Positions 1 to 9,320 of a stretch of 64,000 nucleotides of DNA are shown piece by piece (position 1 is the first letter of the stretch; each line of letters starts with the position of its first letter). Both the position numbers and the translations under genes were made by a program. The notes beneath the pieces are model-generated. The model saw nothing but the letters and a program-made list of their open reading frames with translations. It ran no database searches and was not told the DNA's origin. Source of the stretch: Ornithinimicrobium sp. (lineage in GTDB: Bacteria; Actinomycetota; Actinomycetes; Actinomycetales; Dermatophilaceae); NCBI RefSeq assembly GCF_051004135.1, contig NZ_JBPCKQ010000114.1, positions 6,636-70,635 on the forward strand, written 5' to 3'.

Positions 1-905
1 GGGGGCTGCAGTCGTTCGACGAAGTCGCGGATCAGGTGGTTGACCTTCACCGGGTCACGGGCGAGCAGCCCGTGGCCGGCACCTTCTAGCAGCACCAACT
101 CGGCCCCGGTCAGCCCGGCGATCCGCTGACCCACGATGGTGCTGCGGATCCGGTCCTGCGTGCCGTGCACCACCAGCACCGGGCAGGTCACCTGCGCGAA
201 GAGCGGCTCCAGGTCCTCGCAGCGCACGTCGTCGCACCCCAGTCGTGCGGCAGTGGCGTCCACCAGCATCTGCGGGTCGGTGTCGGCCGACCAGGCCATG
301 GCGTCCTCGCGCTGCTTGGTCGAGTGCGGCTCGGAGAACATCTGCTCGAAGAAGAACCGCCGGAAGTCGGCGAAGTCGCCCTTCAGCCAGTAGTGCCGGT
401 TGTACTTCGCCCACCCCTGCGTGGTCCCCAGCCGCTCCTCGAAGCCGTGGTGCTCCCGCTCGGGCTGGCTGACGTTGACCCCGCACGAGGGCGACAGCGC
501 CACGACGCCGCTGACCCGTTCGGGCCGGGACTGCGCGGCCAGCAGTGCCCACGTCACCCCGCAGGACAGTCCCACCAGCACGGCCCGATCCGTGCCGGTG
601 GCGTCCAGGACCGCCAGCGCGTCCTGCACCAGCACGTCGTTGGTGTATGCCGCCGCTCCGGCCGGGCGGTCCGAGCCACCGGTGCCCCGGCCGTCGTAGG
701 TGAGCACCCGGTAGTGCCGGGCCAGGTAGGAGACCTGCGCCTTCCAGAAGCGGGAGTCGAAGATCTGCCAGGTGGGCAGCAGCAGCAGGGTGGTCGCACC
801 GCTGCCGTGGACCGCCCAGGACAGGCGCACGCCGTCGTGCTCGGCGACCCCGGTAGCGTCCGGGGGACGGGCCGGAAGGGCCTCCTGCTGCTGCGTAGGT
901 GTCAT
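1..905 (-). CDS. Alpha/beta-fold hydrolase, runs off the left edge (partial; missing from the ORF track because it has no stop in the window)
   Basis: Hand translation from ATG at 905: MTPTQQQEALPARPPDATGVAEHDGVRLSWAVHGSGATTLLLLPTWQIFDSRFWKAQVSYLARHYRVLTYDGRGTG...EGAGHGLLARDPVKVNHLIRDF; frame stays open to position 1. Confidence 0.85.
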   Translation of the reverse strand, partial: MTPTQQQEALPARPPDATGVAEHDGVRLSWAVHGSGATTLLLLPTWQIFDSRFWKAQVSYLARHYRVLTYDGRGTGGSDRPAGAAAYTNDVLVQDALAVLDATGTDRAVLVGLSCGVTWALLAAQSRPERVSGVVALSPSCGVNVSQPEREHHGFEERLGTTQGWAKYNRHYWLKGDFADFRRFFFEQMFSEPHSTKQREDAMAWSADTDPQMLVDATAARLGCDDVRCEDLEPLFAQVTCPVLVVHGTQDRIRSTIVGQRIAGLTGAELVLLEGAGHGLLARDPVKVNHLIRDFVERLQP

Positions 906-912
906 CGCACCC

Positions 913-1992
913 TCACACCCTGACCTCGAAGACGTTGTTGAAGGGCGTGGCGGCCACCGTGCGGAACCGGGTGAACCCGGCGGCCTCGACGACCTGCCGG
1001 ATCCGGGCCGGGCCGGCCTGGGTGCCGAGCGCGGCACCCACGTCCTGGGACAGCGACGCCGGCGTGCACAGCAGCGTGGAGAAGGCGTAGTACACCCGAC
1101 CCACCGCGTTGAGGTTGTCCTCCACGCGGTCGCCGGCGGCCGGTTCGACGATCATCCAGGACCCACCGGGGGCCAGGATGGCGCGCACGTGCCGGGCGGC
1201 GCCGACCGGGTCGCCCATGTCGTGCAGGCAGTCGAACATGGTGACCAGGTCGTAGCCCTCTGCCGGGTGCTCGGCGGCACCCGCGACCTGGAAGTCGACC
1301 CGGCCCGTCAGACCGGCGTCGGCGGCGCGCTCCCGGGCCACGTCGATGGACTCGGCGTGGTAGTCGGTGCCGGTGAACGTGCTGCGCTCGAAGGCCTGGG
1401 CCATCAGCACGGTGGAGGCGCCGTAGCCGCAGCCGATGTCGGCGACCCGTCCGCCGCGGCGCAGGGTCTCCACCACGCCGTCGAGCGCCGGCAGCCAGGT
1501 CGAGGTGAGGCTGTTCAGGTAGCTGGGCCGGAAGAAGCGCTCGCATCCCAGGTGGACGTCGACGTTGTGCTCGTGCCAGCCGTAGCCGGTCTCGCCGCGG
1601 GCAGCGCCGAGGATGGCCGGGGTGTCCCGGATGGTGCCGTGCGCGAGCTGGAACAGGCCGGGCAGGTATGCCGGCGAGGTCTCGTCGGTGAACGCGACCA
1701 CGTGCTCGGGGGGCAGGGTGTAGGTGCCGTCGGCCGGGTCGTACTCCACGTAGTCGCCGGCCGCCTGCGCGTTGAGCCACTCGCGGGCGTACGGCTCACC
1801 GGTGCCGGTGCGCCCGGCGAGATCGGCCGGAGTGAGGGGGCCGGCCTCGGCCATGGCCCGGTAGTAGCCCAGCTCGTCGCCGAGCACCACCAGTGCACCG
1901 TTCAACGCGGCCCCCACCTCCCCTACCGCTCGGAAGACGAAGGACATGAGCTTGTCCTCATCGATGGTGACGGTGTCTGTGGCGAGTGACAT
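913..1992 (-). CDS. Class I SAM-dependent methyltransferase with N-terminal winged-helix domain (Rv2258c-like)
   Basis: VADIGCGYG SAM-binding motif, YAREWL winged-helix segment, FDCLHDMGDP motif. Confidence 0.9.
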   Translation of the reverse strand: MSLATDTVTIDEDKLMSFVFRAVGEVGAALNGALVVLGDELGYYRAMAEAGPLTPADLAGRTGTGEPYAREWLNAQAAGDYVEYDPADGTYTLPPEHVVAFTDETSPAYLPGLFQLAHGTIRDTPAILGAARGETGYGWHEHNVDVHLGCERFFRPSYLNSLTSTWLPALDGVVETLRRGGRVADIGCGYGASTVLMAQAFERSTFTGTDYHAESIDVARERAADAGLTGRVDFQVAGAAEHPAEGYDLVTMFDCLHDMGDPVGAARHVRAILAPGGSWMIVEPAAGDRVEDNLNAVGRVYYAFSTLLCTPASLSQDVGAALGTQAGPARIRQVVEAAGFTRFRTVAATPFNNVFEVRV

Positions 1993-2302
1993 GGCAAGAC
2001 CTCTCTGATGGTCAACTGTGGACGACCAGGCCGTTCCTGGCTATCCCCGGTTTCCTCAGGCTCGCCTGCGGGGGGTCGGCACCGCATCCGGTGACCCCCC
2101 TAGTCCTCGGGACCCGGCGAAGCTCGATCGACCGCCCGCCGGCCCGGTAGGGCGGTGCTTGGCCGAAGGGACACTTGCTGAGGCGCCAGTCCCGCGAAGA
2201 CATCTCCTGGAGCGCACGCCACGGTGGCACCGCGCCCAGCCCCCATCCCGCACCGCCGCCCGCTCGGGCGCGGTTCTCGCATGTCCCCATGACGGAGTAC
2301 CC

Positions 2303-3825
2303 ATGACCCCCACTGCCCGCCCGGACGTCGTCGGCGGCACCCCCCAACCGGAGTCGGACTTCTCCGTCCGGGCCGCGCTGCGCTCGCCCAAGCGGCTGCG
2401 CACCGAGGTCCTGGCCGGGCTCGTGGTGGCGCTGGCGCTGATCCCCGAGGCGATCTCGTTTGCCATCCTGGCCGGCGTCGATCCGCGGGTGGGACTGTTC
2501 GCCTCGTTCACCATGGCCGTCACGATCTCGATCGTGGGCGGGCGACGAGGCATGATCTCCGGCGCCACTGCCGCGATCGCCCTGGTCATCGCGCCGGTTG
2601 CTCGCGACTACGGGCTGGACTACCTGATCGCCACCGTCATCCTGGCCGGGATCCTGCAGATCGTGCTCAGCGTGCTGGGTGTCGCCAAGCTCATGCGCTT
2701 CCTGCCGCGCAGCGTGATGGTGGGCTTCGTCAATGCGCTGGCCATCCTGATCTTCAGCGCGCAGGTTCCCACCTGCTCGGCGTTCCGTGGCTGGTCTACC
2801 CGATGGTCGCCGTCGGCCTGCTGTTCATGGTCTACCTGCCCCGGGTGACCGACACCGTGCCGGCCCCGCTGATCGCCATCATCGTGCTGACTGCGACCGT
2901 CATCGTCTTCTCCATCCGGGTCCCCACCGTCGGTGACCAGGGCGAGCTGCCCGACAGCTGGCCCTCCCTCATCTTCCCCGACGTGCCGTTGACGCTGGAG
3001 ACGCTGCAGATCATCGCGCCCTACGCGTTTGCTGCGGCGCTGGTCGGCCTGCTGGAGTCGCTGATGACGGCCAAGCTGGTCGACGACGTCACCGACTCGC
3101 ACTCCATCAAGACCCGCGAGGCCTGGGGTCAGGGAGTCGCCAACGTGGTGACCGGCTTCTTCGGTGGCATGGGCGGCTGCGCGATGATCGGGCAGACGAT
3201 GATCAACGTGAAGGTCTCCGGTGCGCGGACCCGCATTTCGACCTTCCTCGCCGGCGTCTTTCTGCTGGTGCTCGTGGTCGGGCTGGGTGACCTCGTCGCG
3301 ATCATCCCGATGGCTGCCCTCGTGGCCGTGATGATCATGGTCTCGGTCGGCACGATGGACTGGCACAGCGTGCACCCGTCCACCCTGCGCCGGATGCCGG
3401 CCAGCGCCACCACGATCATGCTGACCACGGTTGCGGTGACCGTGTACACCCACAACCTGGCCTACGGCGTCATCTCAGGTGTCGTCGTCGCCATGGTCTT
3501 CTTCGCCCGGCGGGTCTCCCACTTCACCGAGGTCATCGACATCGCGCACCCCGACGAGGACACGCGGGTGTATGCGGTGCGCGGCGTCCTGTTCTTCGCC
3601 TCCAGCAACGACCTGGTCTACCAGTTCGACTACACCGGCGACCCGAACAACATCGTGATCGACCTGAGCGATGCGCAGATCTTCGACTCCTCCACGGTGG
3701 CAGCCCTGGATGCCATCGAGCTGAAGTATCAGCGCAAGGGCAAGCGCGTGGAGATCGTCGGACTCAACACCGCCAGCCAGGCCTGGCACGGGCCGCTGTC
3801 CGGTCAGCTGGGCGCCGGGCACTGA
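2303..3825 (+). pseudogene. SulP-family anion transporter with STAS domain, frameshifted near 2768
   Basis: N-half ([19 protein letters not shown]) is in ORF 2018-2848 and C-half plus STAS in ORF 2803-3825; adding one C to CAGGTTCCC(C)ACCTG restores QVPHLLGVPWLVYPM. Confidence 0.85.
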
Positions 3826-3830
3826 GGTCA

Positions 3831-3864
3831 CGGTTGCGCATCACCTGGGCGTGGGCCGCAACCG
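3831..3864. terminator. Possible hairpin terminator after sulP
   Basis: 8-bp inverted repeat CGGTTGCG/CGCAACCG just after the stop; long loop and no U-tract. Confidence 0.35.
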
Positions 3865-3968
3865 CCGAACCACGATCGTGCGTTTAAGGTGAGACAGCAC
3901 AGACACACAGAGGGGGTCGACGAATGCGGCAGCAAAGGTATGCCGGGGTGCCGCGAGCGCTCCGACGG

Positions 3969-4712
3969 ATGCAGGTCGAGCGACGCGACCTGGTCAAGGG
4001 CGGGCTGGGTCTGATGACCGGCGCCCTGCTCGGCGGTCTCAGCGACGACGGCGACGACTTCATCAAGCCCGAGCCGGAGCCCGAGCTGGAGCCCGAACCC
4101 GAACCCGAACCCGAGTCCACGACATACCGGCGCGGTGACGGGGGAGAGGGGGTCCGTGCCCTCCAGGGGCAGCTCGCGACGGCCGGCTACTGGCTCGGCG
4201 AGGCCGACGGCGGCTACGGCCACCTCACCCAGCAGGCGGTGTTCGCGTGTCAGAAGGCCAATGGCCTGGTGCGCGACGGCGTCGCCGGGCCCAACGTCAA
4301 GCAGGCGCTGGCCACGGCATACCGCCCGGAGCCGGTGGACGGCGGCGACCATGTCGAGGTCCACCTGGACTCCCAGCTGATCCTCCTGGTGCGGGGCGGC
4401 GGCACCAGCATGGTGCTCAACACCTCGACGGCCAACGGCGAGGAGTACGAGTTCAAGGGGCGCACCTACACGGCTCGCACGCCGACCGGCGACTTCGCCG
4501 TGTGGTATGTCGACGGCACCGGCTGGCGGGACGGCGAGCTGGGCGAGATGTGGCGGCCCATGTTCTACAGCGGCAACTACGCGATCCACGGCTCGCGGTC
4601 GATCCCGCCGCAGCCGGCGTCGCACGGGTGCGCACGCGTCTCGGTCGCCGCCATGGACATGATCTGGCGCGACGGACTGATGAGCATGGGCACTCGGGTG
4701 CTCGTGCTGTGA
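3969..4712 (+). CDS. L,D-transpeptidase (YkuD) with peptidoglycan-binding domain and Tat-like signal
   Basis: ERRDLVK twin-arginine, PE-repeat linker, PG-binding YRRGD...LQGQL...DG.YG..T..AV, catalytic HGS...SHGC. Confidence 0.88.
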   Translation: MQVERRDLVKGGLGLMTGALLGGLSDDGDDFIKPEPEPELEPEPEPEPESTTYRRGDGGEGVRALQGQLATAGYWLGEADGGYGHLTQQAVFACQKANGLVRDGVAGPNVKQALATAYRPEPVDGGDHVEVHLDSQLILLVRGGGTSMVLNTSTANGEEYEFKGRTYTARTPTGDFAVWYVDGTGWRDGELGEMWRPMFYSGNYAIHGSRSIPPQPASHGCARVSVAAMDMIWRDGLMSMGTRVLVL

Positions 4713-4954
4713 GCGGCGAGGACGAGGCGCGCTACCTCACCGTCGACGGTCGACGCTGGCGACGCCAAGACCCTGCTCTGCCGGACCACGTCGCACGCAG
4801 GCTGCGCTCGCACCGCCGGCGGGTCGGCGTCGCCAAGCACGGCCTGGGCGAGCGCGGCACCCCGTGGTGGGAGCAGTCAGCCGAGCAACGGCGCGAACGG
4901 TGGGAGCACGCGTTGGCAGAGCTGGACCAAGATGGCCTCAGTCGACCACCATGA
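4709..4954 (+). CDS. Small conserved actinobacterial protein (often mis-annotated as biopolymer transporter Tol), probably internally shortened
   Basis: GTG overlaps the upstream stop; YLTVDGRRWRRQDPALP...AKHGLGERGTPWWEQ matches family motifs from memory. Confidence 0.6.
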   Translation: MSGEDEARYLTVDGRRWRRQDPALPDHVARRLRSHRRRVGVAKHGLGERGTPWWEQSAEQRRERWEHALAELDQDGLSRPP

Positions 4955-5822
4955 TCGGCGACCTCGACTCGTGCAGCACTCCCATGCTGGTCGAGCCCAG
5001 AACGGCACCGGCCAGGCTGCCTTGACCGTGGGTGCCCAGCACCAGCAGCCCGCCCTGCTCGCCGGCCTGGACCAGACCCTCGACGGGGTGGCCCTCGATC
5101 ACCGTGCCCCTGATCTCGACGTCGTCCAGCGCGGCAGTGGCGCGCTCCAGCAGGTCCTGGTTGACCTTCTCGGCGGTGGCCTTGTGGTCCGCGGCCGCCT
5201 CCTCCACTGAGCTGTAGCCGGCCGGCTTGCGGTTGCCTGAGGGTGGCGCCCAGACGGTGGCCAGCAGCAGGGGGGCGCCCCACTCCCGTGCCACGACTGC
5301 CGCCGCGTCCACGGCACGCTCGGAGCCACCGGTGCCGTTGACCCCGACCACGACCGGGCGCTCGGCGCCCGGCAGCGTGCTGGTGCCGTCCCGGACGATG
5401 ACGACCGGACAGCGGGAGTAGCCGGCGATCGAGTATGCGGTGGAGCCCAGGAGGAGGGTGCCGACCCGGCTGCGCCCGTGGCTGCCGAGGACCATCATCG
5501 AGGCGTGCGTGGACCGCTCACCGAGCGCGACCTTGGCGCTGAACAGCGATCCGGCGGTGTCGACCTCCAGGTCCGGGAAGTCCTCGAGGACCTTGTCCCG
5601 GCCCTCGCCGGCCACCTCCTTGGCATCGGCGATGACCTCCTCGGTCTTCCACAGTCCGCTTCCGGCGTCCTGGGTGTAGGTGATCCGCTCGGCGGCGTGC
5701 AGCACCACCAGCTTGCGGCCCTGGCGGTCGGCGGCCCGGGCGGCCCACTGCAGGGCGGCCTCGGAGGGGGACGAGCCGTCGTAGCCGACGACGATCGGAC
5801 GGTTGGCTGCTACGGATGCCAT
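4938..5822 (-). CDS. Universal stress protein, two USP domains
   Basis: PIVVGYDGS...AAL.WA, VLGSHGRS...LLGSTA, second domain PVVVGVNG...LGTHG...LGSTS; RBS GAAGGAG before ATG 5822. Confidence 0.92.
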   Translation of the reverse strand: MASVAANRPIVVGYDGSSPSEAALQWAARAADRQGRKLVVLHAAERITYTQDAGSGLWKTEEVIADAKEVAGEGRDKVLEDFPDLEVDTAGSLFSAKVALGERSTHASMMVLGSHGRSRVGTLLLGSTAYSIAGYSRCPVVIVRDGTSTLPGAERPVVVGVNGTGGSERAVDAAAVVAREWGAPLLLATVWAPPSGNRKPAGYSSVEEAAADHKATAEKVNQDLLERATAALDDVEIRGTVIEGHPVEGLVQAGEQGGLLVLGTHGQGSLAGAVLGSTSMGVLHESRSPIMVVD

Positions 5823-5929
5823 GGTCACTCCTTCGTTGGGGGTTTAGCAGCAGCCTAGTTCCCTGCTGCTGACCGTCTCGCGGGGGCGGGGCGGGGTCTG
5901 GGCGTGCGGGCAGGGGCTGCCAGGGCCGC

Positions 5930-6000
5930 TCAGTCGGCGATCATGAGGGCTCGGACCCGTCATACCCGACGACGACCGGTCGAGTGGGGGAGGATGCCAT
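5930..6000 (-). pseudogene. Remnant of a second, tandem USP gene (first 19 codons fused to last codons)
   Basis: MASSPTRPVVVGYDGSEPS followed out of frame by ATG ATC GCC GAC TGA (MIAD*); RBS region nearly identical to that of the intact USP. Confidence 0.8.
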
Positions 6001-6107
6001 GGTCGAACTCCTTCGGTTGGGGGTGTGACCGATCGTAGTAGCGGGCGCACCGACCGCGCCATCGTCCGGGAGTGCGCGAGCGACCCCGGTTGCGGCAGAG
6101 TGGACCC

Positions 6108-7748
6108 ATGGCTCTGACTGATCTCCCCGAGTGGCATGCGCTGACCGAGCACCACGAGCGGGTCAAGGGGGTGCACCTGCGTGACCTGTTCGCCGAGGAT
6201 CCTGGCCGGGGGGAGCGGATGACCGCCGAGGTGGGCGAGCTCTTCCTGGACTACTCCAAGCACCGGGTCACCGACGAGACCCTGCGTCTGCTGGTCGAGC
6301 TCGCCGCGGCCCGCGGGCTACGCGAGCGGACCGAGGCCATGTTCACCGGCGAGCACATCAACACGACCGAGGACCGGGCCGTGCTGCATACCGCATTGCG
6401 GGCCGCGCCCGACGCGACGATCGAGGTCGACGGCGACAACGTCGTGCCCGACGTCCGCGAGGTGCTGGACCGGATGCGGACCTTCGCCGACCAGGTCCGC
6501 AGTGGGGAGTGGACCGGGCACACCGGCCAGCCGATCACTACCGTGGTCAACATCGGCATCGGCGGCTCCGACCTCGGCCCGGCCATGGCCTACCAGGCGC
6601 TGCGCGACCACAGCGACCGCGACCTGGACTTCCGCTTCGTCTCCAACGTCGACGCCACCGACGTCGTCGAGGCCACCCGCGACCTGGACCCGGCCACCAC
6701 GCTGTTCATCATCGCCTCCAAGACCTTCACGACCATCGAGACGCTGACCAACGCGACGACGGCCCGGGAGTGGCTGGTGGCCGCCCTCGGCGACGAGGCG
6801 GTGGCCAAGCACTTCGTCGCGGTCTCCACCGCGGACGACAAGGTCGCCGACTTCGGCATCGACACCGACAACATGTACGGCTTCTGGGACTGGGTCGGCG
6901 GGCGCTACTCCTTCACCTCGGCGATCGGGCTGTCCCTGATGGTGGCCATCGGCCCGGACAGCTATGAGGACATGCTGGCCGGCTTCCGGGAGATGGACGA
7001 GCACTTCCGCACCGCGCCACTGGAGTCCAACCTGCCGGTGCTGATGGGGGTGCTGGGTGTCTGGTACGGCAACTTCTTCGGTGCCGAGACCCACGCGGTG
7101 CTGCCCTACAGCCAGTACCTGAAGCGCTTCCCCGCATACCTGCAGCAGCTGGACATGGAGAGCAACGGCAAGTCGGTCACCCTGGACGGCTCACCGGTCG
7201 GCGTGCAGACCGGCCCGATCGTCTGGGGGGAGCCCGGCACCAACGGCCAGCACGCCTTCTACCAGCTCATCCACCAGGGCACCAAGCTCGTGCCGGCCGA
7301 CTTCATCGGGGTGGTGCAGCCGTTCCACCCCGGCGAGGGGTCTCTGGGTGACCACCACGACCTGCTGACGGCCAACCTGTTCGCGCAGACCGAGGCCCTC
7401 GCCGGCGGCAAGACGGCCGAGGAGGTCGAGGCGGACGGGGCCACCGGCTCGCTGGTGGCGCACAAGACCTTCCAGGGCAACAGCCCCACCTCGACGCTGC
7501 TGGTCGACCGGCTGACCCCGCACACCCTCGGGATGCTGGTCGCGCTCTATGAGCACAAGGTCTTCGTGCAGGGCGTGATCTGGGGCATCAACAGCTTCGA
7601 CCAGTGGGGCGTCGAGCTCGGCAAAGTGCTCGCCAAGGTGATCGAGCCCGAGCTCACTGCCGACGAGGCGCCGGAACTCGACCACGACGCCTCCACCAAC
7701 GCGCTGATCCGCCGCTACCGCGCGGCGCGGGGTCGCTCGACCGACTGA
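6108..7748 (+). CDS. pgi: Glucose-6-phosphate isomerase
   Basis: [68 protein letters not shown]. Confidence 0.98.
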   Translation: MALTDLPEWHALTEHHERVKGVHLRDLFAEDPGRGERMTAEVGELFLDYSKHRVTDETLRLLVELAAARGLRERTEAMFTGEHINTTEDRAVLHTALRAAPDATIEVDGDNVVPDVREVLDRMRTFADQVRSGEWTGHTGQPITTVVNIGIGGSDLGPAMAYQALRDHSDRDLDFRFVSNVDATDVVEATRDLDPATTLFIIASKTFTTIETLTNATTAREWLVAALGDEAVAKHFVAVSTADDKVADFGIDTDNMYGFWDWVGGRYSFTSAIGLSLMVAIGPDSYEDMLAGFREMDEHFRTAPLESNLPVLMGVLGVWYGNFFGAETHAVLPYSQYLKRFPAYLQQLDMESNGKSVTLDGSPVGVQTGPIVWGEPGTNGQHAFYQLIHQGTKLVPADFIGVVQPFHPGEGSLGDHHDLLTANLFAQTEALAGGKTAEEVEADGATGSLVAHKTFQGNSPTSTLLVDRLTPHTLGMLVALYEHKVFVQGVIWGINSFDQWGVELGKVLAKVIEPELTADEAPELDHDASTNALIRRYRAARGRSTD

Positions 7749-7756
7749 GGCGAACC

Positions 7757-9241
7757 TCAGCTGTGAGCACCCAGCTCGCTCAGGCTCGCCTCCTGCATAC
7801 TGCCCTGGTCGTCGCTCCACCGCACGGTGCCCGACCCAGCCGCCAGGTCGGCCCGCAGCTCGGCCACGGCGTCGCCCTGCCGCCACGTCATCGTCAACGT
7901 GTCCTTGCCCCCCTCGGTCTCCAGCTCGCCGTCGAACGCCGCGTGCGAGCCGCGCAGCCGGATCAGACCGAACAAGGCCCGCACCACCGGACGCTGCACG
8001 GACTCCTGCACCTCCTCGCGGGTGTAGTGCGCTCGGTTGACGTCGCGGCCGATCCCGGTCCGCTCCAGCTCGTCGGTGTCGTTGCGGCCGGCGAGCAGCC
8101 CGACGTAGTAGACCTGCGGGATGCCCGGGGTCCAGAACTGCAGGGCACGCGCCAGCAGATAGCGGTCGTCGTCGGCTCCCAGGGCGTCGTAGAAGGTGCA
8201 GTTGACCTGGTAGAGGTCGACGTTGGAGGCCGCGGCGCCGGTGGCGTCCTTGGAGGTGCCGCCGCTGGCCTCGTGGATCGAGTCGACCAGCGCGTCGATC
8301 TGCTCCGGGGTGAGCAGCCCCTCCCGGGACGGGTCGTTGCCGTCGGCGCCGACGTCGATCACCCCGATGCCGTCGTGGGTGTCCAGCACCGTGATGGAGT
8401 TGGTGGGGCGCACGTCCAGCCAGGCCAGCAGCGGGTCGGCGTCGGCCTCGTGCAGCGCGTGCAGGATCAGCGGCGGGAGCGCGAAGTCGTAGACGTAGTC
8501 GACCTGCGCCGCGATCTCGACCTGCCGCTGGTAGTAGGAGTGCACCTCGACCAGCACGGTCAGCTCCCGCTCGTGACACCAGGCGCTGATCTCGTCGATG
8601 AAGTCGAACGTCTCGGGGGTCATGAACGAGGTCAGCCCCGGTGTCTTCACCGCATACCCGACCGCGTCGAGCCGCACCCGGCTGACCTTCGCCTGCGCCA
8701 GCGCCTCGACCACCCGCAGCAGGTAGTCGCGGGTCACCTGCTGGCGCACGTCGAGGTCGATCTGCTCGCCGGTGAAGGTCGTCCAGATCAGCCGCTTGGT
8801 GCCGTTCTCGCGCGTGTAGGGGGTGAACGGCAGGCCGGGACGGGGGCGGTAGAGCAGCATCAGCTGCTCCTCGGTCGCGCCGTCCGGGAACGCGCCGTCA
8901 TAGGTCAAGAACATGCCGGCGTATGCCGAGTCCTCGCCCTTGTCCAGCCAGTCCTGGAACTGCACGGACGAGGAGGAGACGTGGTTGACGATGACATCGA
9001 CCATGACGTCGTGGGTTTCTCCGATGGCCGCCACGTCGTCCCAAGAGCCGAGTCTCTCGTCGACCTCGGTATGGTCCTGCGGGTCGAAGCCCGCGTCGGC
9101 CCCGTCGTAGGGGCGGAAGAACGGCAGCAGGTGCACGCCGTTGAACAGACCCTCCAGCGGACCGTCCAGCACCTGCTGCAGCGTGCGGAGGTCACCGCCC
9201 AGGCGGTCGGCATACGCGATCAGCTCGACGTCGTGCGGCAC
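7757..9241 (-). CDS. gtfA: Sucrose phosphorylase (GH13_18)
   Basis: GVHLLPFF, DAGFDP, RLDAVGY, VEVH, TVLDTHDGIG; specificity loops YRPRP and SNVDLYQVN as in Bifidobacterium sucrose phosphorylase. Confidence 0.88.
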   Translation of the reverse strand: MPHDVELIAYADRLGGDLRTLQQVLDGPLEGLFNGVHLLPFFRPYDGADAGFDPQDHTEVDERLGSWDDVAAIGETHDVMVDVIVNHVSSSSVQFQDWLDKGEDSAYAGMFLTYDGAFPDGATEEQLMLLYRPRPGLPFTPYTRENGTKRLIWTTFTGEQIDLDVRQQVTRDYLLRVVEALAQAKVSRVRLDAVGYAVKTPGLTSFMTPETFDFIDEISAWCHERELTVLVEVHSYYQRQVEIAAQVDYVYDFALPPLILHALHEADADPLLAWLDVRPTNSITVLDTHDGIGVIDVGADGNDPSREGLLTPEQIDALVDSIHEASGGTSKDATGAAASNVDLYQVNCTFYDALGADDDRYLLARALQFWTPGIPQVYYVGLLAGRNDTDELERTGIGRDVNRAHYTREEVQESVQRPVVRALFGLIRLRGSHAAFDGELETEGGKDTLTMTWRQGDAVAELRADLAAGSGTVRWSDDQGSMQEASLSELGAHS

Positions 9242-9320
9242 GATGGCCTCCTTGTCACCGGTGGGATACCGACGCTATCGGCTCCGGGGCGAGGGGGCGA
9301 GGCTCGGCGTCAGGCGGGCG

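Noticed and set aside
2160-2205. Possible hammerhead ribozyme or glycine riboswitch core (CTGAGG...GCGAAGAC, GCCGAAGG)
   Set aside because: Core nucleotides deviate (no CUGANGA/GAAA, no CUCUCAGG); kept only as an unassigned structured-leader candidate
4069-4116. GAGCCC/GAACCC short tandem repeats (also 18141-18180 and 14857-14940)
   Set aside because: In-frame low-complexity protein linkers, not CRISPR: no unique spacers and no cas genes
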